Source: Candidatus Taylorbacteria bacterium RIFCSPLOWO2_01_FULL_48_100 (GTDB lineage: Bacteria; Patescibacteriota; Minisyncoccia; Phycocordibacterales; UBA10002). From it: a stretch of DNA of 64,000 bases. The position numbers were made by a program, and so were the translations under genes. The stretch covers positions 3,042 through 67,041 of the forward strand of contig MHSA01000011.1 of assembly GCA_001821135.1 (NCBI GenBank). Direction: 5' to 3'. Positions 40,265 through 50,731 of the stretch are shown piece after piece; position 1 is the stretch's first letter, and every line of letters begins with the position of its first letter. Below the pieces are notes generated by a model. The model was not told where the DNA came from, made no database searches, and saw only the letters and a program-made list of their open reading frames with translations.

Positions 40265-42187
40265 ATGGACGGATTGGAAAAAATACGCAAAGGTCTTTAC
40301 GCGCGCGAGCAGGAGCCGAACGAAAATGAAAATACTCAGCACTCGCCTCTATTTCATTCCGAAAAAATAGAATCAAAATCCTCGTGGGAACGCGAGCCGC
40401 TTTCTCCCGAGACGCCGACAGTTGAGCTGCGCAACGCTATGTCTCTAGCAAAAAAACTTTTTATCGGGTCCGCTATTTTTTTTGCGTGCGCAGTCGCGTT
40501 CGCCGGGTTCGTGATGTTTCGCGGCGGCAATGTGGTGAGTTCGGAAAAGGTGTTCGTGCAATTTGCTGGTCCGCTTTCAGTTGCCGGTGGCGAGCCGTTT
40601 AATTTTGAGGTGTCGGTACGGAACGACAACAGTTCGCAGATTGAGGCAGCCGATTTGTTGTTGGAATTTCCTGAAGGTACGCGCCGCGCTAACAACCCGC
40701 TCGCAGAGATGCGCCGCTTCCGCGAAGCACTCGGCGAGATTGCGCCGGGCGAGAGCTTGTCTAAAAAACATGAAGCAATTCTATTTGGCGAAGAAGGCGA
40801 ACATCTGGTTATTTCTGCAACTCTTGAATATCGCGTGCGCGGTTCCAACGCGCTTCTCAAAAAGACATCGCGGTACGAAGTGGCGCTCGGCACCGCGCCG
40901 CTTTCCATTTCAATTACCGGTATGCGCGAGACAGCGAACAAAAGCGAGTTTTCGCTGGAGCTTGAAGTGAAATCAAACAGTACGACCGCGCTTCGCGACA
41001 TTATTGTTGAAGCGGACTATCCGTTCGGGTTCGCATTTAAAAACTCGTCACCACGCCCAACATCGGGCGAGCGCGCGTGGGCACTAGGTGATCTGTCCGC
41101 GGGAGGAACGCGCCGCATTACGCTCTCCGGAATCGTGTCTGGTGCGGAGGGCGACGAACGGGTTTTTAGATTTCGCGCAGGTCCAGCACAAAGCGGTAGC
41201 GGTTCCAATATTGGTACAGCGCTAGTATCAGCATCTCATGCAGTTCTTCTTCGCAGGCCGTTTTTAGCCATCTCGCTTATTGTTAATGGGGAAGAAGGAA
41301 CTGAATTTATTACCGAAAAAGGAAAAACGGTGCGCGTAGGTGTCGCGTGGGAAAACAATTTACCAACGCGCGCGACTGACGCGCAAATTACCGTGCGACT
41401 AGACGGCGCACTTTACGACCCGGCTTCGGTTGTTCCAGATGGCGGCAGCTATTACCGCGCGCAGGACGGAACGATTGTGTGGGACAGGAGCGCAGACGGC
41501 TCGCTCGCCACAATGGAGCCGGGCGCTCGCGGGCAGAAGCAATTCTCCGTAAATGTGCGCGGTCCTGGTACTGGCGTGTATGCGCTAAAAAATCCGTCGT
41601 TTGGAATAAGCGCGTCAATTTCCGCGCGTGGCCCCGCGGGCGCAAGCGAGGCGGGTGGCGCGATTGAAACGAAAACGCGCGCGGAAGTAAAACTTCTCGC
41701 AGACCTTTCGCTCTCTGCGCGGCTCGCGCGTTGGAGCGGGACGTTCACCAACCGCGGACCGATTCCACCGAAAGTCGGCGAAGAAACAACATACACAGTT
41801 GTGTGGTCGCTTTCTAATGCCTTTAACGAGCTTTCGGATGCGCGTGTTTCCGCAACGCTTCCGTCTTATGTAAGGTTTGTCGGCGCGGTGTCGCCGGCGG
41901 GTGAGCGCGTCAGCTACGATGCAATAAGCGGCGTAGTTATGTGGGAAGCGGGGGAAGTTAAAGCGGGAGTCGGTATCGGCGGTATCCCACGCGAAGTTGC
42001 GTTCCAAGTCGCGCTCGTTCCGGCGAGCAGTCAAGCCGGCTCCATACCGACTCTTGTCGGCGAGGCGTCAGCAGAAGGCAACGACCGCTTTACAGGCCGC
42101 TCGGTCTCCAGCGCAACCCGCCCCGCACTCTCCACCGCCTTTTCCGATGCATCATTCGTAAGTGGGCAGGATGTGGTAGGAAAATGA
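40265..42187 (+). CDS. Hypothetical large membrane-anchored, surface-exposed protein
   Basis: 640 aa with an N-terminal TM helix (residues 65-85), then a Ser/Gly/Ala-rich extracellular region resembling DUF11-like repeats. Confidence 0.5.
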   Translation: MDGLEKIRKGLYAREQEPNENENTQHSPLFHSEKIESKSSWEREPLSPETPTVELRNAMSLAKKLFIGSAIFFACAVAFAGFVMFRGGNVVSSEKVFVQFAGPLSVAGGEPFNFEVSVRNDNSSQIEAADLLLEFPEGTRRANNPLAEMRRFREALGEIAPGESLSKKHEAILFGEEGEHLVISATLEYRVRGSNALLKKTSRYEVALGTAPLSISITGMRETANKSEFSLELEVKSNSTTALRDIIVEADYPFGFAFKNSSPRPTSGERAWALGDLSAGGTRRITLSGIVSGAEGDERVFRFRAGPAQSGSGSNIGTALVSASHAVLLRRPFLAISLIVNGEEGTEFITEKGKTVRVGVAWENNLPTRATDAQITVRLDGALYDPASVVPDGGSYYRAQDGTIVWDRSADGSLATMEPGARGQKQFSVNVRGPGTGVYALKNPSFGISASISARGPAGASEAGGAIETKTRAEVKLLADLSLSARLARWSGTFTNRGPIPPKVGEETTYTVVWSLSNAFNELSDARVSATLPSYVRFVGAVSPAGERVSYDAISGVVMWEAGEVKAGVGIGGIPREVAFQVALVPASSQAGSIPTLVGEASAEGNDRFTGRSVSSATRPALSTAFSDASFVSGQDVVGK

Positions 42188-42207
42188 TTTTATGGTAAAG
42201 TGTTGTT

Positions 42208-43599
42208 ATGAAAAATGAAGACAATCTATTAGATAAAATCGTATCGCTCTGCAAACGACGCGGGTTTATTTATCCTGGTTCGTCTATTTACGGTGGATTT
42301 GCCGGGACTTACGACCTTGGACCTTACGGTGTAATGCTTCGTCGCAATCTTGTTGATGAGTGGAAACGAGCGATAGAAGAAGAGGATTCTATCGCTTTTA
42401 TTGAATCCAGTATATTTACTTCGCGTAAGGTATGGGAGGCAAGCGGGCATGTGAGCGGCTTTTCTGATCCGCTTGTGGTGTGCAATTCCTGTCATACGAA
42501 ACAACGGGCTGACCATTTACTTGAATCTATAGGTGCCTTTGCTGACGAGAAGATGACAGAAAAAAAGATTAATGAAGTCTTTGATGCGCACCGAAAAGAA
42601 CTCACTTGTACAATATGTGGTAAAAAGGATTTTGGAAAAGTCAGGGCCAAAAATCTCCTAGCAACATCTACACTCGGTGTTTTTGAAGAAGATGACCAAG
42701 AAGTGTATCTGCGCGCGGAGACGGCACAAGGGATTTATATAAATTTTAAGAATGTTTTTGATGTTGGTTCTTATGAGATACCATTTGGTATCGCGCAAAT
42801 CGGTAAGGTTTTCCGCAATGAAATTAGTCCGCGGCAGTTTCTTTTTCGGATGCGTGAATTTGAGCAGATGGAAATGCAATATTTCGTCAGACCGAAAGAC
42901 GCTCCTGCGGCGTATGCGCGCTGGAAACAAAAACGCTTTGAGTATTATCCAACGCTTGGCATTAAAAAAGAAAAGTTGCGTCTTAAACAGCATGACAATC
43001 TGGTATTTTATGCTAAGGATGCATGGGATATTCAGTACGAATTTCCTTTCGGGTGGAATGAACTTGAAGGACTCCATTACCGAGGCGATTATGACCTTTC
43101 TCAACATCAGAAATTTTCTGGCGCAGATGCCGGTGTATATGACGAAGAAACAAAAGAGCGTTACATTCCACATGTTGTGGAGACATCAGTTGGCGTAGAA
43201 AGGACTATGCTTATGGTTCTATGTGATGCGTATAGTGAGGATGAAATGAATGGAGAAAAAAGAGTAGTACTTCGCTTCCATCCCCGAATAGCCCCAATTA
43301 AGACCGCTGTTTTCCCTTTATTGAGGAACAAACCACAATTAGTAGAAAAAGCGCAGGAAGTTTACCGGATGTTAAGACAAAATCCAGCTTTTGGCGGAGC
43401 AGTGAGATTTGACGACAACGGCAATATCGGCAAACGCTATCGGAGACAAGACGAAATCGGCACCCCGTTTTGCGTTACGGTGGATTTTGATTCTCTGGAA
43501 AAAGACGATGTTACTGTACGTGACCGCGATACGGGGAAGCAGGAACGTATAGATGTAAAAAGCCTTACCCTGCATATCAAGGAAGAATTGACAAAGTAG
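42208..43599 (+). CDS. glyQS: Glycine--tRNA ligase (alpha2 dimeric type)
   Basis: IVSLCKRRGFIYPGSSIYGGFAGTYDLGPYGVMLRRNL ... class II motifs, including the FRNEISPRQF-containing motif 2 region. Confidence 0.9.
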   Translation: MKNEDNLLDKIVSLCKRRGFIYPGSSIYGGFAGTYDLGPYGVMLRRNLVDEWKRAIEEEDSIAFIESSIFTSRKVWEASGHVSGFSDPLVVCNSCHTKQRADHLLESIGAFADEKMTEKKINEVFDAHRKELTCTICGKKDFGKVRAKNLLATSTLGVFEEDDQEVYLRAETAQGIYINFKNVFDVGSYEIPFGIAQIGKVFRNEISPRQFLFRMREFEQMEMQYFVRPKDAPAAYARWKQKRFEYYPTLGIKKEKLRLKQHDNLVFYAKDAWDIQYEFPFGWNELEGLHYRGDYDLSQHQKFSGADAGVYDEETKERYIPHVVETSVGVERTMLMVLCDAYSEDEMNGEKRVVLRFHPRIAPIKTAVFPLLRNKPQLVEKAQEVYRMLRQNPAFGGAVRFDDNGNIGKRYRRQDEIGTPFCVTVDFDSLEKDDVTVRDRDTGKQERIDVKSLTLHIKEELTK

Positions 43600-43624
43600 C
43601 CACTATGGCTATAATGGCTACTAT

Positions 43625-43909
43625 ATGATTACGACAACCTTCTCAGCGAAAGAGGCAAAGAATAATTTTGGGCGGCTTTTGGACGAAGCCCGCCGGTTTC
43701 CTGTGTTTGTTAAAAAGAACGGTCGTCAGGTTGCGGTGGTAATGTCTTCTGAAGAATATGAGTTTTTGGAGGCACTTTCGGACGCTTATTGGGGAAAGCG
43801 CGCACAGCAAGCCGCTAAAGGAGGGTTTATTGGGGTTAATGCGTCTATGAAATATCTGATGTCTATTCTTAAGAGAAATGCCAATAAAACTATCAAAACA
43901 CGCGATTAA
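43625..43909 (+). CDS. Phd/YefM-family type II antitoxin
   Basis: 94 aa; the SAKEAKNNFGRLLDEARRFPVFVKKNGRQVAVVMSSEEYEFL pattern of Phd/YefM. Confidence 0.7.
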   Translation: MITTTFSAKEAKNNFGRLLDEARRFPVFVKKNGRQVAVVMSSEEYEFLEALSDAYWGKRAQQAAKGGFIGVNASMKYLMSILKRNANKTIKTRD

Positions 43910-44147
43910 ATTTCTAAAACACCTGCCTCCCAAGCAGGAATATCAGTTAGTGAGGAGAATTACAGAACTGGCTCAAAATCCGATTGCACCCGATGTGAGA
44001 AAGATGTCCGGTTTCGATTGCCTGCGTGTTGATAGTGGAGAATACCGAATTGTCTATTCTATGCGGGACGACAGCATTTTTGTGTGGTTGGTCGGCAAGC
44101 GAAACGACGATGAGGTGTACAGAAAACTAAAACGCATGTTAAAGTAG
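43878..44147 (+). CDS. RelE/ParE-family type II toxin (YoeB/RelE-like mRNA interferase)
   Basis: 89 aa; EYRIVYSMRDDSIFVWLVGKRNDDEVYRKL matches the RelE C-terminal core. It overlaps the antitoxin's 3' end. Confidence 0.65.
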   Translation: MPIKLSKHAIKFLKHLPPKQEYQLVRRITELAQNPIAPDVRKMSGFDCLRVDSGEYRIVYSMRDDSIFVWLVGKRNDDEVYRKLKRMLK

Positions 44148-45424
44148 TGTTCACGATGAAATTTTCTAAAACAATTCTTCCGAACAGGTTGCGGCTCATT
44201 ATCGTGCCAATGAAGGATAGCCAAACGGTTACCGTTATGGCGCTGGTGGAAGCGGGGAGCAAGTACGAAACTAAAAACATAAACGGCATCTCGCACTTTT
44301 TGGAACATATGTGCTTCAAGGGGACGGCAAAGCGGCCGCGCGCCATAGACATCTCACGCGAACTGGACGCCATAGGCGCGCAGTATAACGCTTTCACTTC
44401 GCAGGAGTTTACAGGATATTTTGCGAAATCCGCTAAACAACATTTCGGGAAGATTCTTTCCGTAGTGTCGGATATATATCTCAACCCCACATTTCCCGAG
44501 GCAGAAATTGAAAAAGAAAAAGGCGTGATTGTTGAAGAAATAAATATGTACAGAGACCTGCCGCAAAGGCATGTGCAGGATTTGTTTTTGGAACTCTTGT
44601 ATGGAGCTCAGCCCGCTGGGTGGAACATTGCAGGAACGCCCGATACGGTGCGCTCAATGACGCGCACTGACTTCGTAACATACCGCGCTCAGCATTATGT
44701 ATCAAGCGCAACCTCTATGATTATTGCGGGCGCGGTTTCCGAACCGGAAGCGGAAGAAGCTGTTCTGCACGCGTTTGAAGGAATGTCCGCAGAAAAAAAG
44801 CATACGAAAATCGCTGTTGTTGAAAAACAAAATGCACCCGCTGTGCGTGTTGAAACACGCAAAACTGACCAAACGCACTTCGTTTTAGGTGTACGCACAT
44901 TTAACGCTTACGACAAGAAACTGCCAGCACTCAAAGTGCTTGCGGGTGTGCTCGGCGTGGGAATGAGCTCGCGTTTGTTTCAGAAAATGCGCGAGGAACT
45001 CGGTATTTGCTACTATGTGAAGACAGATATGGACGCGCTGACCGACCACGGACTGCTCACGGTATCTGTTGGCGTTGCGCCGAGCCGCGCAGAAGAGGCG
45101 GTGCGCGCGATTCTCGCCGAGTTCGCGCGCCTTGCGCGCGAACCGCTCGCGGACGCAGAATTGAACAAAGTGAAAGATTGTCTTATTGGAAATATGTATT
45201 TGTCGCTGGAATCAACAGACGAACTCGCTGAGTTTTACGGTATGCAAGAGATTTTACGGAAGGACTTAAAACAGCCGGACGAGCTCGCGGCAGAAGTTAC
45301 AAAGGTAACGAGTGGGGAAGTTCAAGCGACCGCGCGCGAGATATTTACGCTGGAAAGGCTCAACCTTGCCGTTGTCGGGCAAGCACCCGCCGAATCGCGC
45401 TTGCGGGAGATTTTGACCTTGTAA
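44147..45424 (+). CDS. M16-family (pitrilysin/insulinase-like) zinc peptidase
   Basis: Inverted zinc-binding motif HFLEHMCFKGT (HxxEH), and the NAFTS..T.Y pattern. Confidence 0.8.
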   Translation: MFTMKFSKTILPNRLRLIIVPMKDSQTVTVMALVEAGSKYETKNINGISHFLEHMCFKGTAKRPRAIDISRELDAIGAQYNAFTSQEFTGYFAKSAKQHFGKILSVVSDIYLNPTFPEAEIEKEKGVIVEEINMYRDLPQRHVQDLFLELLYGAQPAGWNIAGTPDTVRSMTRTDFVTYRAQHYVSSATSMIIAGAVSEPEAEEAVLHAFEGMSAEKKHTKIAVVEKQNAPAVRVETRKTDQTHFVLGVRTFNAYDKKLPALKVLAGVLGVGMSSRLFQKMREELGICYYVKTDMDALTDHGLLTVSVGVAPSRAEEAVRAILAEFARLAREPLADAELNKVKDCLIGNMYLSLESTDELAEFYGMQEILRKDLKQPDELAAEVTKVTSGEVQATAREIFTLERLNLAVVGQAPAESRLREILTL

Positions 45425-45547
45425 TGTAGTGTGGTACACTTTTATTATATGCAATCCCGTTAGAAATCCAAGCGTTATATTTGGTGTATATGTAAGAAAT
45501 TGATAAAATGATATACTATATAGCAACTTATCAAATAACAAACAGAA

Positions 45548-46672
45548 ATGCTTTTAGCGTTTCCTATTTCTAACGGGATGCAACCAAACACTCCTACTCA
45601 ATTTTCGGTTTCCGCAGGCACTGTTGCCAAAGCGATTTTGGTGGGTCTCTTGGCGTGGGGGCTTTTTCACCTTCGCGATGTTTTACTTGTTGTGCTGACC
45701 GCCGTCGTGCTCGCGTCCGCCATTGAGCCATTCGCGCGCGCTCTCGGAAAATGGCACATCGCGCGCTTACCTTCGGTTATTTTAATCTACCTCGTGTTCG
45801 CGCTCGTTGCCGTTTCTATTTTCTATTTCTTCATACCAACACTCGTATCAGATGTAGTGGGTCTATTCAGCAATGTACCGATGCTTATTGACACAGTGTC
45901 AGGATGGAGCCCATTTGGCGCATTAAGCGCCGGTGCTGTTCTTGGTGTGGAAGGCGACAGCGTTGCTTCTACAGGAAGTTTCGCATTCGGCGATATGCTT
46001 CAAGCGTTTCGCATTGTTGCCGAGAATGTGTCTGAAGGATTTCTCCCAACATTGTCAGTATTTTTCGGTGGCGCGGTGTCGTTTGTTCTTATTATCGTGC
46101 TCTCATTTTATCTTGCGGTGCAGGACGATGGCATTGCGAAATTTCTACGCATCGTAACGCCCATTAAACACGAAACATATGTCATTGGGCTTTGGCGGCG
46201 CGCGCAAGAAAAAATAGGGCTTTGGATGCAAGGCCAACTTTTGCTGGCGGCGCTTGTCGGTCTCCTTGTGTACCTCGGGCTTACCGTGCTCGGCGTTGAA
46301 AACGCGCTTGCGCTGGCGTTCCTTGCGGCGCTTATGGAAACCATTCCGCTCTTCGGTCCGATTATCGCCGCAATTCCAGCCGTATTTGCGGCGTATCTTT
46401 CGGGCGGCTTTTCAACAGGGCTTATGGTGGTAGGCCTCTACATCATTATTCAACAATTTGAGAATCATCTCTTTTATCCTCTTGTTGTGAAAAAGATTAT
46501 CGGCGTGCCGCCCATCCTTGTTATTCTCTCGCTCATTATCGGCGCAAAGCTCGCAGGATTTCTCGGATTGCTTCTCTCTGTGCCGGTCGCGACGACGGTT
46601 ATGGAGTACTTGAACGACCTCCAGCGTAGCAAGATTACTCCGCCTTCCTCCCCCGTTTCTGCAAATGTATAA
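45548..46672 (+). CDS. AI-2E-family (UPF0118/PerM-like) transporter
   Basis: 374 aa, about 8 TM helices, with the conserved C-terminal LSVPVATTVMEY-type segment. Confidence 0.65.
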   Translation: MLLAFPISNGMQPNTPTQFSVSAGTVAKAILVGLLAWGLFHLRDVLLVVLTAVVLASAIEPFARALGKWHIARLPSVILIYLVFALVAVSIFYFFIPTLVSDVVGLFSNVPMLIDTVSGWSPFGALSAGAVLGVEGDSVASTGSFAFGDMLQAFRIVAENVSEGFLPTLSVFFGGAVSFVLIIVLSFYLAVQDDGIAKFLRIVTPIKHETYVIGLWRRAQEKIGLWMQGQLLLAALVGLLVYLGLTVLGVENALALAFLAALMETIPLFGPIIAAIPAVFAAYLSGGFSTGLMVVGLYIIIQQFENHLFYPLVVKKIIGVPPILVILSLIIGAKLAGFLGLLLSVPVATTVMEYLNDLQRSKITPPSSPVSANV

Positions 46673-48092
46673 GCGCTCCTACATTACGACGCCGATTTTT
46701 TACCCCAATGCGCGGCCTCATCTTGGGCACGCCTATACCGCGACGATTGCGGATATTCTCGCGCGCTATCGTAGGGCAGTGGGAGACGAAGTGTATTTCC
46801 TAACAGGCGTTGATGAGAATACCGAAAAAGTCGCGCGCGCGGCGCGCGCGGCGGGGCAGGAGACGGGAGCATACCTCAATACTGTCGTGTCTTCGTTTAA
46901 GGACTTGTTTTCGGAGAAGAAACTCAATATCTCGTACGATCAATTTATCCGGACTTCCGATGAAAAAGTTCATTGGCCTGGAGCACAGGCGCTCTGGCGC
47001 AAACTTGTGGAAGCGGGGGATATTTATCCGTCCTCGTATGAAGGTTTGTACTGCGTCGGACACGAGGCGTTTGTGACGGAAAAGAATTTAGTGGGTGGGA
47101 AATGCCCCGACCACAACGAAGCGCCGCAACATCTCAAAGAAACGAATTATTTTTTTCGCCTCTCAAAATACACCAAAGAGATAAAAAAGAGAATTGAATG
47201 CGCCGAACTTCAGATAATTCCCGAGGAGCGAAAAAATGAAATCATCGCTTTACTTGAGCGTGGGCTTGAAGATGTGAGTTTCTCTCGTCCTTCCGACAAG
47301 GTGTCGGTTGGGATTCCAGTGCCGGACGACTCAACGCAAAAAATGTATGTGTGGTGCGACGCGCTCACGAATTATATAAGTGCTTTAGGGTATGGACGCG
47401 ATGATGAATTGTTCCGTAAGTTTTGGCCAGCGGATTTGCACATTATCGGCAAAGATATTTTGCGTTTTCATGCTGGTATTTGGCCAGGAATGCTTCTCTC
47501 GGCAGGCCTGCCTCTCCCGAAAAAGATTTTGGTTCATGGTTTTATAACAAGCGGCGGGAAGAAAATGTCCAAGACCCTAGGCAATGTGATAGACCCCGAC
47601 ACACTCATTGAGGAATACGGTGGGGAGGCGGTGCGGTATTTCCTCGCGCGACATATTTCTCCGTTTGAAGATGGCGATATCACACTTACAAGATTCAAAG
47701 AGACCTACAACGCAGACCTTGCGAACGGGTTGGGGAATTTGGTTGCGCGAATATTGCAAATGTCGAGCCAATGTTTTGAACATCCTGTAGATTTGTCGGA
47801 AAAAAGAAAACCATTTTCTGTAAGTCAGTATATAGAGAAATTCGAACTTAATAATGCTCTTATTGCAATATGGAGCGATATGTCGGTACTCAATGATTTT
47901 ATTCAAGAAAACAAGCCATTTGATGTTATAAAAACCGATAAGAAAAAAGCTCAATTGCAGATCTCGTATTTGGTAAAAGAGCTATTTAGAATCGCAGAGA
48001 TCCTTGAACTTTTTATGCCCGAGACAAGCAAGAAAATAAAAGAAGCAATTCAGCAAAACAAAAAACCGGAGAATCTATTTCCGCGAAAATGA
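46665..48092 (+). CDS. metG: Methionine--tRNA ligase (short form lacking the C-terminal tRNA-binding appendix)
   Basis: ITTPIFYPNARPHLGHAYTATIADILARY (HLGH) and KMSKTLGN. Confidence 0.9.
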   Translation: MYKRSYITTPIFYPNARPHLGHAYTATIADILARYRRAVGDEVYFLTGVDENTEKVARAARAAGQETGAYLNTVVSSFKDLFSEKKLNISYDQFIRTSDEKVHWPGAQALWRKLVEAGDIYPSSYEGLYCVGHEAFVTEKNLVGGKCPDHNEAPQHLKETNYFFRLSKYTKEIKKRIECAELQIIPEERKNEIIALLERGLEDVSFSRPSDKVSVGIPVPDDSTQKMYVWCDALTNYISALGYGRDDELFRKFWPADLHIIGKDILRFHAGIWPGMLLSAGLPLPKKILVHGFITSGGKKMSKTLGNVIDPDTLIEEYGGEAVRYFLARHISPFEDGDITLTRFKETYNADLANGLGNLVARILQMSSQCFEHPVDLSEKRKPFSVSQYIEKFELNNALIAIWSDMSVLNDFIQENKPFDVIKTDKKKAQLQISYLVKELFRIAEILELFMPETSKKIKEAIQQNKKPENLFPRK

Positions 48093-48925
48093 ATTATCGC
48101 TACATAGACATCCACACGCACACGAACTTCGCGGCGTTTGAAGGCGACCGCGCGGAGGCGATACGGCGCGCACAGGAGGCGGGCGTTGCGCTAATAAATG
48201 TCGGGACGCAGAAAGATACTTCGCAGAAAGCGGTTGAGATTGCGGAAAAATACGAAAACGGAGTGTACGCGACAGTAGGGCTTCACCCGATCCATACGGC
48301 AAAATCCTTTCATAATGAAGAAGAAATTGGCGAAGGCGGAAAAGAATTCACATCACACGAAGAACAGTTTGATTATGAATATTACAAAAAACTTGCAATA
48401 CACACGAGAGTGGTGGCGATCGGGGAGTGCGGGCTTGATTTTTATAGACAAGACGCGGGTGCCGCGAATGTAAGAAAACAAGAAGAAGTGTTTAGAAAAC
48501 AGATTGAGTTAGCGATAGAAATAAAAAAACCGCTTATGTTACACATTCGGAAGGCATACAAAGAAGCATACGATATTCTAAAATCGTACACAGGCATTGC
48601 TGGCAATCTGCATTTCTTCTCTGGAACTCCCGAAGAAGCAAGACCGTTTTTGGATAAAGGATTTTCTTTTTCATTTACTGGTGTGATTACATTCGCGCGC
48701 AGTTACGACAGCGTCATATGCTACATTCCGCTCAATCGCATTATGTCGGAAACAGACGCGCCGTTTGTCGCGCCCGCGCCGTACCGAGGGAAACGGAATG
48801 AGCCGGCGTATGTTATAGAAGTGGTAAAGAAAATAGCAGAAATTCGCAATGAGGACCATGAGACGGTTCGCGCGCAACTCCTAAAAAACGCCGAGCAGTT
48901 TTTCGGTATTTCGCTTGCCCGATAG
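48089..48925 (+). CDS. tatD: TatD-family metal-dependent hydrolase/DNase
   Basis: YIDIHTHTN, GECGLD and SETDAPF motifs. Confidence 0.85.
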   Translation: MNYRYIDIHTHTNFAAFEGDRAEAIRRAQEAGVALINVGTQKDTSQKAVEIAEKYENGVYATVGLHPIHTAKSFHNEEEIGEGGKEFTSHEEQFDYEYYKKLAIHTRVVAIGECGLDFYRQDAGAANVRKQEEVFRKQIELAIEIKKPLMLHIRKAYKEAYDILKSYTGIAGNLHFFSGTPEEARPFLDKGFSFSFTGVITFARSYDSVICYIPLNRIMSETDAPFVAPAPYRGKRNEPAYVIEVVKKIAEIRNEDHETVRAQLLKNAEQFFGISLAR

Positions 48926-48950
48926 GGCGTGCCGTGCTATTCTTTTTTGC

Positions 48951-49454
48951 ATGTCCGAAAATAAAATAATTGACCCAGAGATCGTTCGGCTTTATGAGAT
49001 TTCATACCTCGTGAGTCCTGCGCTTGCTGAAGACAAAGCGCCTGCGGCGCTACTTCCGCTTAAAGACCTGCTCGCGGGGAAGAATGTTGTTGTGTCTGCA
49101 GAGGAATCTCCGAAGTTTCGACGGTTGGCGTACCCGATACGGGTCGCGGCTCACGGGGAGAAAAAGCAGGTTTTTGATTCAGCGTCATTCGGTTGGATTC
49201 GTTTTGAATCGGATGCCGATACGATTTTTGAGGCGAATAAACTCCTTGCATCTTCCGCGGATATTATTCGTTTTCTTATAGTGAAGGCGGAAAAAGCGGT
49301 ACCTGTAAAGCCATTTCAGAGCTACCGCACGCGACCTGAACGGGAAGTTCCTATTTCGGTTTCTGAAAAAGGCACGATTGGCGAAGAGGACAAGAAGCCG
49401 CATGTGTCGCAAGAAGAATTAGACCGCAAGATTGATGAATTAGTCGGCGCATAA
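48951..49454 (+). CDS. rpsF: 30S ribosomal protein S6 with a C-terminal extension
   Basis: YEISYLVSP ... RRLAYPI are S6 motifs. It sits in the conserved rpsF-ssb-rpsR arrangement. Start taken at the internal M 48951. Confidence 0.7.
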   Translation: MSENKIIDPEIVRLYEISYLVSPALAEDKAPAALLPLKDLLAGKNVVVSAEESPKFRRLAYPIRVAAHGEKKQVFDSASFGWIRFESDADTIFEANKLLASSADIIRFLIVKAEKAVPVKPFQSYRTRPEREVPISVSEKGTIGEEDKKPHVSQEELDRKIDELVGA

Positions 49455-49466
49455 TATCATAATGGT

Positions 49467-49931
49467 ATGTACTTAAACAAAGCATTAATTTACGGCAATT
49501 TAACTCGCGATCCGGAGCTTAAGGCGCTTCCGAACGGCGGGAAGGTTGCAGAGTTCGGAGTGGCGACAAATCGCGTTTTTAAAGACCGCGACGGCAACAA
49601 TCAAGAGGAAGTAGAGTTCCACAATGTCGTTTGTTTCGGCAAGCAAGCAGAAGTCGTCGGGCAATATTTAAAAAAAGGGCGCGGCGTCTTTATTGAAGGC
49701 AGAATCCGCACGCGCAACTGGGAGGCAAAGGACGGAAGCGGTAAGCGCTACCGAACCGAGATTGTCGTAGACCGCTTTCAATTTGGTCCGCGACCACCTG
49801 GAGAGGGAAGTGGTGGCGCGTGGCAGGGGAGGAAAAAGACAACTTCTCCCGAATCGCAAGAGCCGAAGGACTCCGGTGAGGCGATACAGTACCCCGAAGA
49901 AGACATTAAGCCAGAAGATATTCCATTTTAA
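49467..49931 (+). CDS. ssb: Single-stranded DNA-binding protein
   Basis: [19 protein letters not shown]...[14 protein letters not shown]...GRIRTRNWE is the OB-fold pattern; the acidic C-terminal tip is [11 protein letters not shown]. Confidence 0.9.
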   Translation: MYLNKALIYGNLTRDPELKALPNGGKVAEFGVATNRVFKDRDGNNQEEVEFHNVVCFGKQAEVVGQYLKKGRGVFIEGRIRTRNWEAKDGSGKRYRTEIVVDRFQFGPRPPGEGSGGAWQGRKKTTSPESQEPKDSGEAIQYPEEDIKPEDIPF

Positions 49932-49936
49932 TTATT

Positions 49937-50131
49937 ATGAATCCAAACTCATCCCACACCCATAAGTCGTTTGATTACAAAAATACCGAACTTCTTAAGA
50001 AGTTCCTCAATCCGCACGGCAGGATTCTTTCGTGCAAGCGAACAGGGCTTACAGCAAAAGCCCAGCGCAGTTTAGCACTTGCCGTCAAGCGCGCGCGCTT
50101 TATGGCGCTCCTACCTTTTGTGGCTCGTTAG
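49937..50131 (+). CDS. rpsR: 30S ribosomal protein S18
   Basis: [50 protein letters not shown]. Confidence 0.9.
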   Translation: MNPNSSHTHKSFDYKNTELLKKFLNPHGRILSCKRTGLTAKAQRSLALAVKRARFMALLPFVAR

Positions 50132-50688
50132 ACCCTTTCTACATACTCTCCAGTATCGGTATTGATGCGTAGCACATCTCCTTCGTTTATAAAAAGGGGA
50201 GCGTTGATAGTCGCGCCGTTTTCCAATGTTACTGTCTTTGAGCCACCTTTCGCGGTGTCGCCTTTGACAGCAGGCGGTGCCTCGGTGACTTTCAGCTCAA
50301 CTTTAATCGGTAGCTTAACGCCGATGGTCTGCTCGTTAAACACAAGAAGTTCAATAAGCGAGTTTTGCTTTAGGAACTTACTTGCGCTTCCTATCATTTC
50401 TTCCGCAATCTTAAAGCGGTTTGACGGAACGGTTGGGTCACAAAACCACCAATCACCGCGGTTGGTGTAAAGATATTTCGCTTCTTTTTTTTGCAGGTCG
50501 GCTTCAACAACCTTGTCCGCTTGATGAAAAGTTGTCTCGGCGATTTTGCCTGTAATGAGGTTCTTCAACTTCGTCTGGTTCACGGGCTTGCGCTGTTGCA
50601 TACGGAAAATATGCGCGTCCAATACCTCATACGGCGCGCCGTCCATCACAATAAACTTCTTCGGCAAAATTTCGTTGTAATTCAGCAT
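50128..50688 (-). CDS. efp: Elongation factor P
   Basis: From the internal start [48 protein letters not shown]. This is the KOW-like domain I, which carries the conserved Lys loop. Confidence 0.8.
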   Translation of the reverse strand: MLNYNEILPKKFIVMDGAPYEVLDAHIFRMQQRKPVNQTKLKNLITGKIAETTFHQADKVVEADLQKKEAKYLYTNRGDWWFCDPTVPSNRFKIAEEMIGSASKFLKQNSLIELLVFNEQTIGVKLPIKVELKVTEAPPAVKGDTAKGGSKTVTLENGATINAPLFINEGDVLRINTDTGEYVERV

Positions 50689-50731
50689 ACAAGAAAAACA
50701 GTGTAGCAGAACAGATGAAAAAGTCCAGATA

